Source of the DNA: Nanobdellota archaeon
GTDB lineage: Archaea; Nanobdellota; Nanobdellia; Pacearchaeales; GW2011-AR1
Direction of reading: 5' to 3'
DNA length: 64,000 bases
Assembly: GCA_038045765.1 (NCBI GenBank)
Contig: JBBSXN010000005.1
Span: forward strand, 226,144 to 290,143
The notes beneath the pieces were generated by a model. The model had not been told where the DNA came from. It ran no database searches and saw only the letters and a list, made by a program, of their open reading frames with translations. The position numbers were made by a program, and so were the translations under genes. Shown here one piece after another: positions 18,369-28,170 of the stretch. The stretch's first letter is position 1. Each line of letters opens with the position of its first letter.

Positions 18369-21300
18369 ATGAAGAGTAGTTATTATATTTTATTTTCTCT
18401 TATTGCTTTATTTGCTTTTGTTAGTTTGAGTTTTTTTGTTAGTGCAGTTTATCAAAATGATTTTAATTCTTTTGATAATGATTTAAAAAATAATATAAAT
18501 CATTCTAATTTTATTGACTTAAATAGAGATTTATATAAAATATCTTCTGAAGAGATATCTTTGACTAGTAGAGTTGCTTCTATTTTTGGTGTTGGAAAAG
18601 CAGTTGAGAAGAGAAATAGATTAGTTGCTGAATCTTTGGAAAGAAAAGAGGCTATGATTGACTTAGCTGAAGAAAATCCTGGCTTATTTCTATCCCAAGC
18701 AATTCCAGAGGAAGAACAGAATGAAAAATTTGAAGATGTTAAAGAAAATTTAGAAAAGGAAACAAGTCAAGAAGGTACATTATTGATTATGGAGAATCCT
18801 CATTTTCATGATCCTGTAAATGTGAATCATGAAGGCATGGATAATTTCAATTACTTCTTAGATACTAAAGATGAGAGGTATAATTTGAAATTCGCTGATG
18901 GTTCTGCTCCCGGTGCTTTTTCAGGATCTAGAGTTAAAGTTAGTGGAGTAGAGCTTGGAGATTATCTTGCTACTTCAAGTGCTGAAGCAAGCGGTTTTGA
19001 AGTTGTTGAAAGTTCTCCCCCTATAAGGGCTGAAAATTATGGTGTCCAGAAGATAGCTATAATTATTACAAAAGCTCCTGGAGATGAAGATTATGATCTA
19101 CCTTTTATAGAAAGTCATATGCAAAAAATAAATGATTATTATAATGAAGTAAGTTATGGGAGGGCTAGTTTGGAATGGGATGTTTATGGGCAATATGATG
19201 TTGAAGGTAGTGGATATGTTTCCATTACTCCTGAGATAGATTTAGATATAAATTTCAGTAAGTATTCTAGAATTATTTCAATTGATGAAAGAAATTGTTG
19301 GGGTTGTGCAGGTATAGGTATCTGGTCTCATTCCACTAATGAAGGAGAATTGAATATATCTGAGACTTGGGTTAAACCAGTAATTTTTCAGTCTTCTAAT
19401 TATTATAGTGTAATCGGACATGAACTAGGCCATAATTTTGGAGTGTTACATGCTAATAATTTAAGATGTGGAGATAAATATATAGATGATTTTGATAAAT
19501 GTATAAGCTATGAATATGGAGATCATTTTGATATAATGGGTTCAAATATTTATAGCTTCGAGACAGGCCATATTAACTCTTTATATAAAGAAACTATAAC
19601 TTGGCTTGGAAGCAATGAGATTGTTGAAGTAAGCTCGGATGGAATTTATACTTTAAATGCTTTTGAAAACTTAAGCGATAGAACCTCTTTAAAGATTCCT
19701 CGTATATTTGATGAATTTAGAAATGGTGAACGTTTTTATTATTTAGAATATAGAACTCCTGTTGGTCAGGATTCTTTTATTAGCAATACTCAAACTCAAA
19801 ACGGTCCTCAAGTTAGAATAGATAAATATTATTCAGGCTGGGGTGGCGGAGGAGATTCTCAGCTTCTTGATATGAATCCAGGAATATATCCTAGAAATGT
19901 CGGAATTAGTGTTGGGAATGTATTCTTTGATTCTGCAAGCAATGTTGAAATTAGAACTCTAGAGGTTAATTCTAAAAATGCTACTGTTCAAGTTAAAGTA
20001 AGCAATAAGACTTGTATTAGAAGAGCACCTACATTTAATATTTATCCTCATAGTATTTCAGGTACTTTGCATGAGACTTTTTATTATTCTTTTGAACTAA
20101 TAAACAATGATGAAAGTATATGCCCTGCTAAAGAAATATACCTTAATAATTCTAATCGAGAAGTCTCATTTTATATGGAGTCATATCCTTCGTATATATC
20201 TTCTAGTCCAGATTACCCTGCTTTAATAGCATCTGGAGAAAAGATAGAAGGCGTAATTATGCTTTATCCTAATTACTTTAGTAATGGTGGCGAATTAAGC
20301 ATAGATATATTGAATGCTGAGTCTGGAAGTATGTATGCCTCTCAAAATTTAGAATATCATGTTATTCCTGCTAATAGTGAACCAGTCAGTTTTGCAGGAG
20401 AAGATAAAGCAAGAAAATTCTTTTACGTTAGTAATTTCTTTGGTAATGGTTATTACTTGATAGATGAAGATGGTAAGGTTTATAGAAGAGGGTCAACAAG
20501 GTTTACAACAGATAATGTTAAAGAATTTCCATTTGGAAATAATATAAAAACGGCCTTTATTGATGGAGGAGAAAGTATTGTTATTTTAGATTCAGACAAT
20601 AAATTTTATGAAGGCGGTAGGAATATCATTTCTAGAATAAATAAATTTGACAAGATGCAAATTGATAATGATTTACCTTATTCTTATCATAATGTTCAAG
20701 ATATAGATATTTATGAATCAATATATGATAATTATAATAGTATTAGAAATCTTTTAATTTTACTTGATGATGGGTATGTATTTGCTAGTTCTGATATAAT
20801 AGATAGAGATAGTTGTATAACTTGGGATGGAAGAAGAGATTTAGAAAGAGAGGATGAAAGTCATGCCATAGCCCTATTACCTTGGAATGATTTTAATAAA
20901 CCTGATGGAGGCATTTATTCTCTTGAGACTATAGGATACTATGTCTTAAGTAAAGATGGCACAGTTTATGGATGCGGAGATGTGAATATATCTTATACTC
21001 ACTTTAATCAGCCATTACCTGCTGATTTGGGAACTGAAGATAGGACTGCTGTTGCTTTTGCACTTGATCAAGAAAAGGGCATTGTAATGGTTGATTCATA
21101 TGGTGAAGTTTATACTTCTGGAACTTTGACTCATCAAGGAAGTCCTTCATTTGGGCAGAATATCGCTAGAGATATACAGATTCTTCCTAGTAATGTAGAT
21201 GATGGTGAGGAAGGTGTGTCTGGTGAGGATGTTGCAGGATATGGCATCCTTAAAGGAACTGGGGAAATAATATCTTGTTCTGAAGGAAGAGGATGTGGAA

Positions 21301-21857
21301 CTGATATAATTATCTGTAATGATGATAAAGATTGTGATGATTTGAATGATGATACTGTTGATACATGTATTAATCCTGGCACTGTTGAAAGTTATTGCAG
21401 AAATGAAGGTGGATCTGGAAAGACTTGCACTGATAGTGATGGATTTGATATTACTGCACTTGGAAATGTGAATTATGATGGTGCTGTTTATAATGATGAG
21501 TGTTTAAGCGAGAAAGAAATATTGGAATACACTTGTGCTAGTTCTGGTTGGTTTAGCAGTGAGAAGGAAGTTAAAGCAAATAATAGAGAGTGTCAGTATT
21601 CATGTAGTGGAGGAAAGTGTGTCGATCAGGATAAGAATGTGCAGAGAGTATGTTCTGATAATGATGTTAGTAATAAATTGGATGTATATGGGGCTGTTTT
21701 GTTCAAAGGAGATGAATACAAAGATTCATGTGTTGAATCTGGATTAAGTGTAAAACAGTATTTCTGCGTTGATGACAAGTTAAGGAATTTTGTAAAGAGA
21801 TGTGCAAATGGGATGAGATGTATAAGTGGAAGTTGTCAGTATATTCCATCTGCTTAG
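18369..21857 (+). CDS. secreted metzincin-type zinc metalloprotease-like protein (1162 aa) with Cys-rich C-terminal modules
   Basis: N-terminal signal peptide. HELGHNFGVLH (19419-19451) matches HExxHxxGxxH. The C-terminus carries CQYSCSGGKCVD and CANGMRCISGSCQY modules. The gene starts 7 nt after the 15075 gene, which suggests an operon. Confidence 0.65.
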   Translation: MKSSYYILFSLIALFAFVSLSFFVSAVYQNDFNSFDNDLKNNINHSNFIDLNRDLYKISSEEISLTSRVASIFGVGKAVEKRNRLVAESLERKEAMIDLAEENPGLFLSQAIPEEEQNEKFEDVKENLEKETSQEGTLLIMENPHFHDPVNVNHEGMDNFNYFLDTKDERYNLKFADGSAPGAFSGSRVKVSGVELGDYLATSSAEASGFEVVESSPPIRAENYGVQKIAIIITKAPGDEDYDLPFIESHMQKINDYYNEVSYGRASLEWDVYGQYDVEGSGYVSITPEIDLDINFSKYSRIISIDERNCWGCAGIGIWSHSTNEGELNISETWVKPVIFQSSNYYSVIGHELGHNFGVLHANNLRCGDKYIDDFDKCISYEYGDHFDIMGSNIYSFETGHINSLYKETITWLGSNEIVEVSSDGIYTLNAFENLSDRTSLKIPRIFDEFRNGERFYYLEYRTPVGQDSFISNTQTQNGPQVRIDKYYSGWGGGGDSQLLDMNPGIYPRNVGISVGNVFFDSASNVEIRTLEVNSKNATVQVKVSNKTCIRRAPTFNIYPHSISGTLHETFYYSFELINNDESICPAKEIYLNNSNREVSFYMESYPSYISSSPDYPALIASGEKIEGVIMLYPNYFSNGGELSIDILNAESGSMYASQNLEYHVIPANSEPVSFAGEDKARKFFYVSNFFGNGYYLIDEDGKVYRRGSTRFTTDNVKEFPFGNNIKTAFIDGGESIVILDSDNKFYEGGRNIISRINKFDKMQIDNDLPYSYHNVQDIDIYESIYDNYNSIRNLLILLDDGYVFASSDIIDRDSCITWDGRRDLEREDESHAIALLPWNDFNKPDGGIYSLETIGYYVLSKDGTVYGCGDVNISYTHFNQPLPADLGTEDRTAVAFALDQEKGIVMVDSYGEVYTSGTLTHQGSPSFGQNIARDIQILPSNVDDGEEGVSGEDVAGYGILKGTGEIISCSEGRGCGTDIIICNDDKDCDDLNDDTVDTCINPGTVESYCRNEGGSGKTCTDSDGFDITALGNVNYDGAVYNDECLSEKEILEYTCASSGWFSSEKEVKANNRECQYSCSGGKCVDQDKNVQRVCSDNDVSNKLDVYGAVLFKGDEYKDSCVESGLSVKQYFCVDDKLRNFVKRCANGMRCISGSCQYIPSA

Positions 21858-21882
21858 TATGGTGTGGGATCGGTAATTACTA

Positions 21883-22365
21883 TTAATAGTATTTATCTAA
21901 AATAAACCTCAACTCTGGGTGGAATTTGTCAGAAGTTTTTAGGAGAATCTTTATTTTGTCTAGAGATATGAATTCCATATTTTCTACTTCGTCTTTGTTG
22001 AATTTGAAAGGTCCTTCACTTTCTGCTTGATATATTGAAAGGAATTTATGTATTTGTTCTTTCCCTAGATATTCAGATTTAGCTATTAAAGAAAGAGGCA
22101 ATTTTATGCCTAATTCTTCTTCGAGTTCTCTTAAAGCGCCTTGCTGGTGAGATTCTCCTGCTTGAACATGGCCTCCTGCAGAAGTTGAAAAGAATCCTGG
22201 GCAGAAAGACTTATTTTTGCTTCTTATCTGTAAGGCAATTTCTCCTTTTTTATTAAAAATTAAAACATGTGCTATTCTATGAGGCAATTTTTTTTTGTAA
22301 ATCTCCGAATATTCTTCTTTTCCTATTACTTCATCCTTATCATTTACTATGTCTAAATATTCCAT
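21883..22365 (-). CDS. Nudix hydrolase
   Basis: Nudix box GGHVQAGESHQQGALRELEEELGI. Confidence 0.7.
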   Translation of the reverse strand: MEYLDIVNDKDEVIGKEEYSEIYKKKLPHRIAHVLIFNKKGEIALQIRSKNKSFCPGFFSTSAGGHVQAGESHQQGALRELEEELGIKLPLSLIAKSEYLGKEQIHKFLSIYQAESEGPFKFNKDEVENMEFISLDKIKILLKTSDKFHPELRFILDKYY

Positions 22366-22371
22366 CTTAAT

Positions 22372-22884
22372 TTATTTTGAAAACAACTTAATAGTCTTTT
22401 CTATTTCTTCTTTTATACCTTGGATGCAGTCGTAAGCTTTTACTTCGTGTTGGTTTACCCATTTATAATTTGAGAATGAATCTTTTTCTAGCTTGACTTC
22501 ACCTGATTTGTATTTTGCTGCAAATTTGACAAGAATTACTGGAATTCCATCTGGCCTGATGAAAGCTACTGAATTTATGTATACAAAATCGGAGTGGATT
22601 TCTATTCCTGCTTCTTCTTTAGTTTCTCTTATCAATAATTGTTCTATTGCATTTTCATAGTCTAAGATGTCTCCGTTTATTCTTGTTGGATTGTTTATTG
22701 GTAGGTCTTTCCATTCTAATTTACCACCAGTAACTGCGTATTTATTTGGATGAGCTTTCTCTCTCTCAGAACGTTTTAGAATTAAACAGCGTTTGTCTGA
22801 TTCTCTGTAAACTATTACATTAGCTACAACATAGAATAGTTTATCCTGTTTCGCTTTCTCAAGAGATATTTTATTAGAGGGCAT
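22372..22884 (-). CDS. Nudix hydrolase (second, divergent)
   Basis: GGKLEW....IRETKEEAGIEI is a Nudix-box-like segment. Confidence 0.55.
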   Translation of the reverse strand: MPSNKISLEKAKQDKLFYVVANVIVYRESDKRCLILKRSEREKAHPNKYAVTGGKLEWKDLPINNPTRINGDILDYENAIEQLLIRETKEEAGIEIHSDFVYINSVAFIRPDGIPVILVKFAAKYKSGEVKLEKDSFSNYKWVNQHEVKAYDCIQGIKEEIEKTIKLFSK

Positions 22885-22946
22885 AAAAATATTTGTTAAT
22901 AGAGTATATAATTATTGTTACAATTATCTGAAAAAATTTGAAAGGT

Positions 22947-23123
22947 TTAGCCTTTTAAGTCAGAGATACCAAGAAGAATGAATAATGCACCTAATCCTAG
23001 AACAAACCATACTATTGCACCTTGTAAAAAGACTAGTGCTGCTGGACCCCAATAATATGCCCAGACTAATATGCCTACTATAACTAGAATCAATCCAAGG
23101 AAAAGTTCAGCCCATTTGTTCAT
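22947..23123 (-). CDS. small (58 aa) two-TM membrane protein, not in supplied ORF track
   Basis: Reverse-strand ORF MNKWAELFLGLILVIVGILVWAYYWGPAALVFLQGAIVWFVLGLGALFILLGISDLKG. It falls below the 60-aa cutoff. Confidence 0.3.
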   Translation of the reverse strand: MNKWAELFLGLILVIVGILVWAYYWGPAALVFLQGAIVWFVLGLGALFILLGISDLKG

Positions 23124-23189
23124 ATTAATTTTAGCTTAAATGAGTATATAAATATTTTGGCGATTTTTGTGTCAATTGAGAGTAATGAA

Positions 23190-23894
23190 TTATCTGGATT
23201 TTTTCATCAGCTTTTCAAGCTTTTCTTCACCTAAAGGAGAGTCATATTTTGAAATGTGGAAACTTTCTCTGAATTCTTTCCAGAAGTTTTTATCATATGG
23301 TGCTCTAATAAGTCCAGTGATTATCATCGCTAATAAAGCACCGACTCCTGCCAAAGCCATGTCTTTTTGTGCATCCCAAACATCGCCTTGACTGCCAAGG
23401 AATGCTAGACCTGCTTCAGGATCTACTACTACTGCTGCTCCCCATTCTATTAATTCATACATACATCCAAGTGCTAGAGTTAATTCTACTGGGAACCAGA
23501 ATCCCCAGAAGCCTTTGGATTTAGAGAGACGCATAAATATTTCCCTCATTGGATAAGCTATTAGAAAACCAAATAGGAAGTGAACAAGTCGATCATACAT
23601 GTTTCTATCAGAGCCAAACCATTCTTGTAATGTGTATCCAAAGGGTACTTCGGCATAGGTATAGTGGCTGCCGATTACATGTAAGATCATGAAAAGAGTT
23701 ATAAGTGTATATGATACTTTTGATAGTCTGAAATAATATCCTGTGATTAAAATAATAGGGACGAATAAGAAAACAAGGTAATTTTCCAATAGCCAATCAT
23801 GTGGAAACTTTGGTTCTATTGCTGCCCAAATCCAAACTGCTGCGAAAATTAAGAATAGAAATAAATGATATGATGAAAATTTCCTCTCTTTCAT
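23190..23894 (-). CDS. polytopic membrane protein (YjdF/DUF-like), unknown function
   Basis: 234 aa, 6-7 TM. Confidence 0.4.
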   Translation of the reverse strand: MKERKFSSYHLFLFLIFAAVWIWAAIEPKFPHDWLLENYLVFLFVPIILITGYYFRLSKVSYTLITLFMILHVIGSHYTYAEVPFGYTLQEWFGSDRNMYDRLVHFLFGFLIAYPMREIFMRLSKSKGFWGFWFPVELTLALGCMYELIEWGAAVVVDPEAGLAFLGSQGDVWDAQKDMALAGVGALLAMIITGLIRAPYDKNFWKEFRESFHISKYDSPLGEEKLEKLMKKSR

Positions 23895-24010
23895 ATAATT
23901 TATAAGATTTTATGGTTTAAATATCTTAACTTTTTATAATCTTTATCAATAACTTCAAACTCTATTGAAGTTAAAAGTGGGTTTATAAATAAGTTTTAAT
24001 TGAGTAGAGT

Positions 24011-24628
24011 ATGTCAGATAAATACATCAATATAGATTTAGATGATGAGCGAATTGGAAAGATAGCTGATGCTATAAGTAATAAGACTTGTAAGAAAATA
24101 TTGGAAATACTTGCTGATGGAGAGATGAGTGGGAGCGAGGTATCTGAGAGACTAGGCATTCCTCTTAATACAGCTACATATAATTTAGATATTCTTCTTG
24201 AAGCTGGATTAGTTGAAAAAAGCTCAGGGTTTTTATGGAGTGAGAAGGGAAAGAGAATTGTTAAGTATAAAGTTGCAAATAAAAAAATAGTTATTAGTCC
24301 TAAGTCTAGCTTTAAAGGAATTGTTCCTTCTGTTTTAATTTCTGGTTTAATTGCTGGAGGAATAAAGATTTGGTATGATAATTCAGTTAATACAGTCAAT
24401 TATTCTGGCGATTTTGCACAAGAAAGTGCAACGGCAATGCTTGCAAGTGATCAGGCTATTACGAAGTGTGTAGGTGGTTCTGGTTTAGCCAAATGTGCTG
24501 GAAATTTGGGCGATGCTACTAGCGGCATAAGTGCAATGAGCTTTGCAGATCCTGCTTTGTGGTTCTTTTTTGGAGCATTAGTCGCATTAATTATTTTGCT
24601 TTTATTTAATTGGAGGAAAGTATGGTAA
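24011..24628 (+). CDS. ArsR-family winged-HTH regulator with C-terminal TM anchor
   Basis: The HTH is KILEILADGEMSGSEVSERLGIPLNTATYNLDILLEAGLV. The C-terminus contains a TM helix (LWFFFGALVALIILLLF). Confidence 0.5.
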   Translation: MSDKYINIDLDDERIGKIADAISNKTCKKILEILADGEMSGSEVSERLGIPLNTATYNLDILLEAGLVEKSSGFLWSEKGKRIVKYKVANKKIVISPKSSFKGIVPSVLISGLIAGGIKIWYDNSVNTVNYSGDFAQESATAMLASDQAITKCVGGSGLAKCAGNLGDATSGISAMSFADPALWFFFGALVALIILLLFNWRKVW

Positions 24629-24671
24629 CTTTAGTTAATTTATATTTTGAAATGAAAGGAGGTAATGAATA

Positions 24672-25403
24672 ATGGAAGGAAAATATTTTCTTATTGGAAT
24701 AGCCGTACTCGCATTACTTGTAGGAGGATATTTGTTTTATGGTTCTGGACCTGAAATATCTACACAAGGAGTTGCAAATGTAAAAGTTCAACCTGATACA
24801 CTTGGAGTTTATATGAATGTGATGGGTAAAGGAAAAACAATGCAGGATGCTAAAGCAGAGCATGATAAAATAGTTGTAGAATTAAAGTCTAAACTTAGAA
24901 GTTCTGGATTTAAAGATTCAGAAATACAGACTTTGAATTACAATGTTTATCAAGACTATGATTATTCTACTAGAACACCAGTATCTAAAGGATATGTTGT
25001 AAGTGAACAAGTAATTGTTAAAACTGAAGACTTTGATAGAGCGGGAGATATAGTAGATAGAGCTATAGAATCTAATACTCTAGTGCAGAGCATTAATTTT
25101 GAACTTTCTCAAGAAAAACAGAATGAAATGAAGGCAGAGGCTTTGAAGCAAGCTGGAATGGATGCTGAAAATAAGGCTAATGCTATTGCTTCTGGATTGA
25201 ACAAGAAAGTTGGAAGATTAGTATCTGTTAGTTCTCAGGAATTTAATTATGGAGGACCAATAGCTTATTATGAAAAGGCTGTTGGAGGAGTTAGTAGTGA
25301 TTTAGCTATTGACAACTCTGAAGCAGTTAGAGTAGCGCAGTCCGTTAATCCAAGTGAAATGGAAATAAGTGCATATATCAATGCAAGGTATAAACTTAGA
25401 TAA
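24672..25403 (+). CDS. SIMPL/DUF541-family secreted protein
   Basis: N-terminal signal anchor. The sequence is conserved in the SIMPL style (...VSEQVIVKTEDFDRAGDIVDRAIE...). Confidence 0.55.
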   Translation: MEGKYFLIGIAVLALLVGGYLFYGSGPEISTQGVANVKVQPDTLGVYMNVMGKGKTMQDAKAEHDKIVVELKSKLRSSGFKDSEIQTLNYNVYQDYDYSTRTPVSKGYVVSEQVIVKTEDFDRAGDIVDRAIESNTLVQSINFELSQEKQNEMKAEALKQAGMDAENKANAIASGLNKKVGRLVSVSSQEFNYGGPIAYYEKAVGGVSSDLAIDNSEAVRVAQSVNPSEMEISAYINARYKLR

Positions 25404-25506
25404 TTAATTATTTTTTTGATTTTTTTTAGCTATTTTTAGGTTTCTTAAGAATGTTTAATTTATTCTTAATAGAAAGGATTAAAACTGCTTTTCTGATGTT
25501 AATTAC

Positions 25507-26565
25507 ATGCTAACAAGCAAACAGATGGAAGAAGTTAGGGAGCATTTGAATAAGGCAGGAAATCCTGTTTTTTACTTTGATAATGATGCTGATGGGTTGT
25601 GTAGTTTTCTCCTTTTGAGTAGGTTTATTGGAAGAGGAAAAGGAGTAGCTGTAAGAAGTTATCCTAATCTAGATAAAGGATATGCTAGGAAAGCTCAAGA
25701 GTTAGGGGCAGATTATGTTTTTGTTTTGGATAAGCCAGTATTAAGTGAAGAATTCGTAGGAGCTATTGCTGAGATGAATTTACCCATGGTGTGGATAGAT
25801 CATCATGATGTAGATAATAAGGATTATTCTAAAATACATGAAAATTTCTTTGTTTATAATCCTGCTAAGAATAATGGTAAGGATAAAAGTAGCGAACCAG
25901 TAACTTATTTATCTTATAAGATAAGTGAGAGGAAAGAGGATATGTGGATAGCTGTTATGGGGTGTATTGCAGACCATTACATGCCCGATTTTGCTGATGA
26001 TTTTGGAAAGAAAAATTCTGAATTATGGGGGAAAGTTAAAGAGCCATTTGATGCTTATTTTGGAACTGAAATAGGAAAGATTGCTCAGGCTTTGAATTTT
26101 GGACTAAAAGATAGCATAACTAACGTTGTAAAGATGCAAAACTTTCTTTTAAAATGTAATTCTCCTAGTGAGGTGTTGGAAGAAGTAAAAGAAAATACTC
26201 TTTTTAGAAAGAAATATTCTGAGTTGAAGAAGAAATATGATTCTTTGCTAGAAGAAGCAGAGGAAAAATTAGATGGTAAAATACTTTTCTTTGATTACGG
26301 TGGTGAATCTAGTATGAGTGCTCAGCTTTCAAATGAACTTTCTTATAGACATAAGAATGCTTATGTTGTCGTAGCTTACAGAAATGGAGGAGTTGTAAAT
26401 ATTTCTATTAGGGGAAAGAATGTAAAAAAAATACTAAGCAATATATTAAATGGATTTGAAGGGGCTTCTGGTGGAGGGCATGAAGATGCTGTTGGAGCAA
26501 GAGTTAAAACTGAAGATTTAAAAAGATTTGAGGAAACTTTTAGAGAGGAGATAGGAAAGAAATAA
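25507..26565 (+). CDS. DHH-family phosphoesterase (NrnA/RecJ-like)
   Basis: Motifs FYFDNDADGLCS (DxD) and WIDHHD (DHH) are present, with a DHHA1-like C-terminus ending in GGGH. Confidence 0.6.
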   Translation: MLTSKQMEEVREHLNKAGNPVFYFDNDADGLCSFLLLSRFIGRGKGVAVRSYPNLDKGYARKAQELGADYVFVLDKPVLSEEFVGAIAEMNLPMVWIDHHDVDNKDYSKIHENFFVYNPAKNNGKDKSSEPVTYLSYKISERKEDMWIAVMGCIADHYMPDFADDFGKKNSELWGKVKEPFDAYFGTEIGKIAQALNFGLKDSITNVVKMQNFLLKCNSPSEVLEEVKENTLFRKKYSELKKKYDSLLEEAEEKLDGKILFFDYGGESSMSAQLSNELSYRHKNAYVVVAYRNGGVVNISIRGKNVKKILSNILNGFEGASGGGHEDAVGARVKTEDLKRFEETFREEIGKK

Positions 26566-27605
26566 TGAAGAAAAATGAATTAGAGATTGAGGCTTTTGGA
26601 AGAGTTCAAGGAGTAGGTTTTAGACTTACTGTTGAGGCCCATGCTAAGAAAAAAGGACTAACTGGTTTTATTTTCAATAGAGATATAGGGAGTGTAATTA
26701 TATTAGTTCAGGGTGAAAAGAAAAAAATAGAAGATTTTCTTGTTTGGTTGCAGACAAATCCTGGTTTTTCTAGAATCGATAGTCTGCAGTATGGTTGGAG
26801 GGCGAATATTAAAGTTTATGATGATTTCAGAATAATTAGAAAGGGTAATTTAATATCTGAACAAGCTAGAAATTTTTATAATTTGGGAAAATACATTTTA
26901 GGAAAGAAGATAGTAAAAGTTCCTAAACATGTATCTATAATTCCTGATGGGAATAGAAGATGGGCTAAAAGACAAGGAATGCATTCTGAATTTGGACATT
27001 ATAAAGCAATAAATGTTCAACATATGTTAGATATATTTCATGAAGCGCAGAATATTGGAATTAAGTACTTAAGTTTTTGGGGATTTTCAACAGAAAATTG
27101 GAAGAGAAATAAAATTGAAGTTAAAATGCTCTTCAAATTGTTTTTTGAATTTGCTGATTTGTTTAGAAATAGTGATTTAGCTGATAAAGTAAGATTCAAA
27201 CATATTGGAAGGAAAGACAGGTTGCCTAGTAAACTAATTTTAGAGTTAAATAAATTGGAAGAAGAAACACAAAATAATTCAGAACTGACTTTTCTTCTTT
27301 GTCTTGATTATGGTGGAAGAGATGAGATTGTTAGAGCGGTAAATAAGATGATTAAAGATGGAAAGAAAAAGATTAGTGAAAATGATTTGAATAACTATCT
27401 TGATACTGCTGGAGTTCCTGATGTAGATTTGATAATAAGAACAAGTGGAGAGTGTAGAACTTCAGGATTTATGCCTTTTCAAGCAGTTTATGCTGAATTG
27501 TGCTTTATTCAAAATGATTTTCCTGATTTTACTGCTGATGATTTAAGAAAAGCTGTTGAGTGGTATAATGGAAGAGATAGAAGATTTGGTGGGAATAGCA
27601 AGTAG
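26565..27605 (+). CDS. uppS: acylphosphatase / cis-prenyltransferase (undecaprenyl/dolichyl diphosphate synthase) fusion protein
   Basis: The N-terminal ~90 aa form an acylphosphatase fold (EIEAFGRVQGVGFR...GFIFN). The remainder is a UPPS-type cis-IPTase (HVSIIPDGNRRWAKRQG ... RTSGECRTSGFMPFQ). Confidence 0.75.
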   Translation: MKKNELEIEAFGRVQGVGFRLTVEAHAKKKGLTGFIFNRDIGSVIILVQGEKKKIEDFLVWLQTNPGFSRIDSLQYGWRANIKVYDDFRIIRKGNLISEQARNFYNLGKYILGKKIVKVPKHVSIIPDGNRRWAKRQGMHSEFGHYKAINVQHMLDIFHEAQNIGIKYLSFWGFSTENWKRNKIEVKMLFKLFFEFADLFRNSDLADKVRFKHIGRKDRLPSKLILELNKLEEETQNNSELTFLLCLDYGGRDEIVRAVNKMIKDGKKKISENDLNNYLDTAGVPDVDLIIRTSGECRTSGFMPFQAVYAELCFIQNDFPDFTADDLRKAVEWYNGRDRRFGGNSK

Positions 27606-27723
27606 TTCTTAAATTGAGAAATAATAAAGAAGATAATTGTTATCTATAATATGATATTGAGTTCATTATCCTATATTTAATCGCGTATTGTAATAATTAA
27701 TATTTCTGATTTTATCCAATAAA

Positions 27724-28170
27724 TTAAGTGCAAGGCTTTATTTCTTTTCTATCTAATTCACAGCTCGATACTGAAATAATTAATTCTCCTGCCTCAAAGG
27801 TTGAGGGTGCTAGATTATATAATTTAGATTCTCCTTGTTCTGGTAACTTGCAATTTGCACATGAACCTCCGACCTGCCAGCGCTCTTTTTTGTTTTCAAT
27901 TACATGTGTGAAATCTATACTTGATATTTGCTCAGTGTTGATATTTCTTTTTATTGTTGTTTTAATTTCATTGTTTACTGAATTGTAGCAGGCACTTTCA
28001 ATTTTAAGAGCCTGATTTATTTTTAAATCTAAGCAGGAGCTTTCAGGAGAAAGCTGGACTGATTTTACTGATTTAATTACATAAGTAGATATTATAGTCA
28101 CAGCTATAATGCTTACGAGTATAATTAGTGTGGTTGCAATTACACTTGATAGCGCTTTTTTATTCATCAT
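27724..28170 (-). CDS. archaeal type IV pilin-like protein (class III signal peptide)
   Basis: N-terminus MMNKKALSSVIATTLIILVSIIAV matches the archaeal pilin consensus (K-[GA]-[LI]-S-P-V-I-A-T...). Confidence 0.5.
   Translation of the reverse strand: MMNKKALSSVIATTLIILVSIIAVTIISTYVIKSVKSVQLSPESSCLDLKINQALKIESACYNSVNNEIKTTIKRNINTEQISSIDFTHVIENKKERWQVGGSCANCKLPEQGESKLYNLAPSTFEAGELIISVSSCELDRKEIKPCT

Noticed and set aside
23167-23391. 74-aa plus-strand ORF overlapping the 23190..23894 membrane-protein gene, and the 23608..23796 and 23983..24399 minus-strand ORFs
   Set aside because: They overlap longer, better-supported genes (the membrane protein and the ArsR-like regulator). Their composition is that of shadow ORFs.
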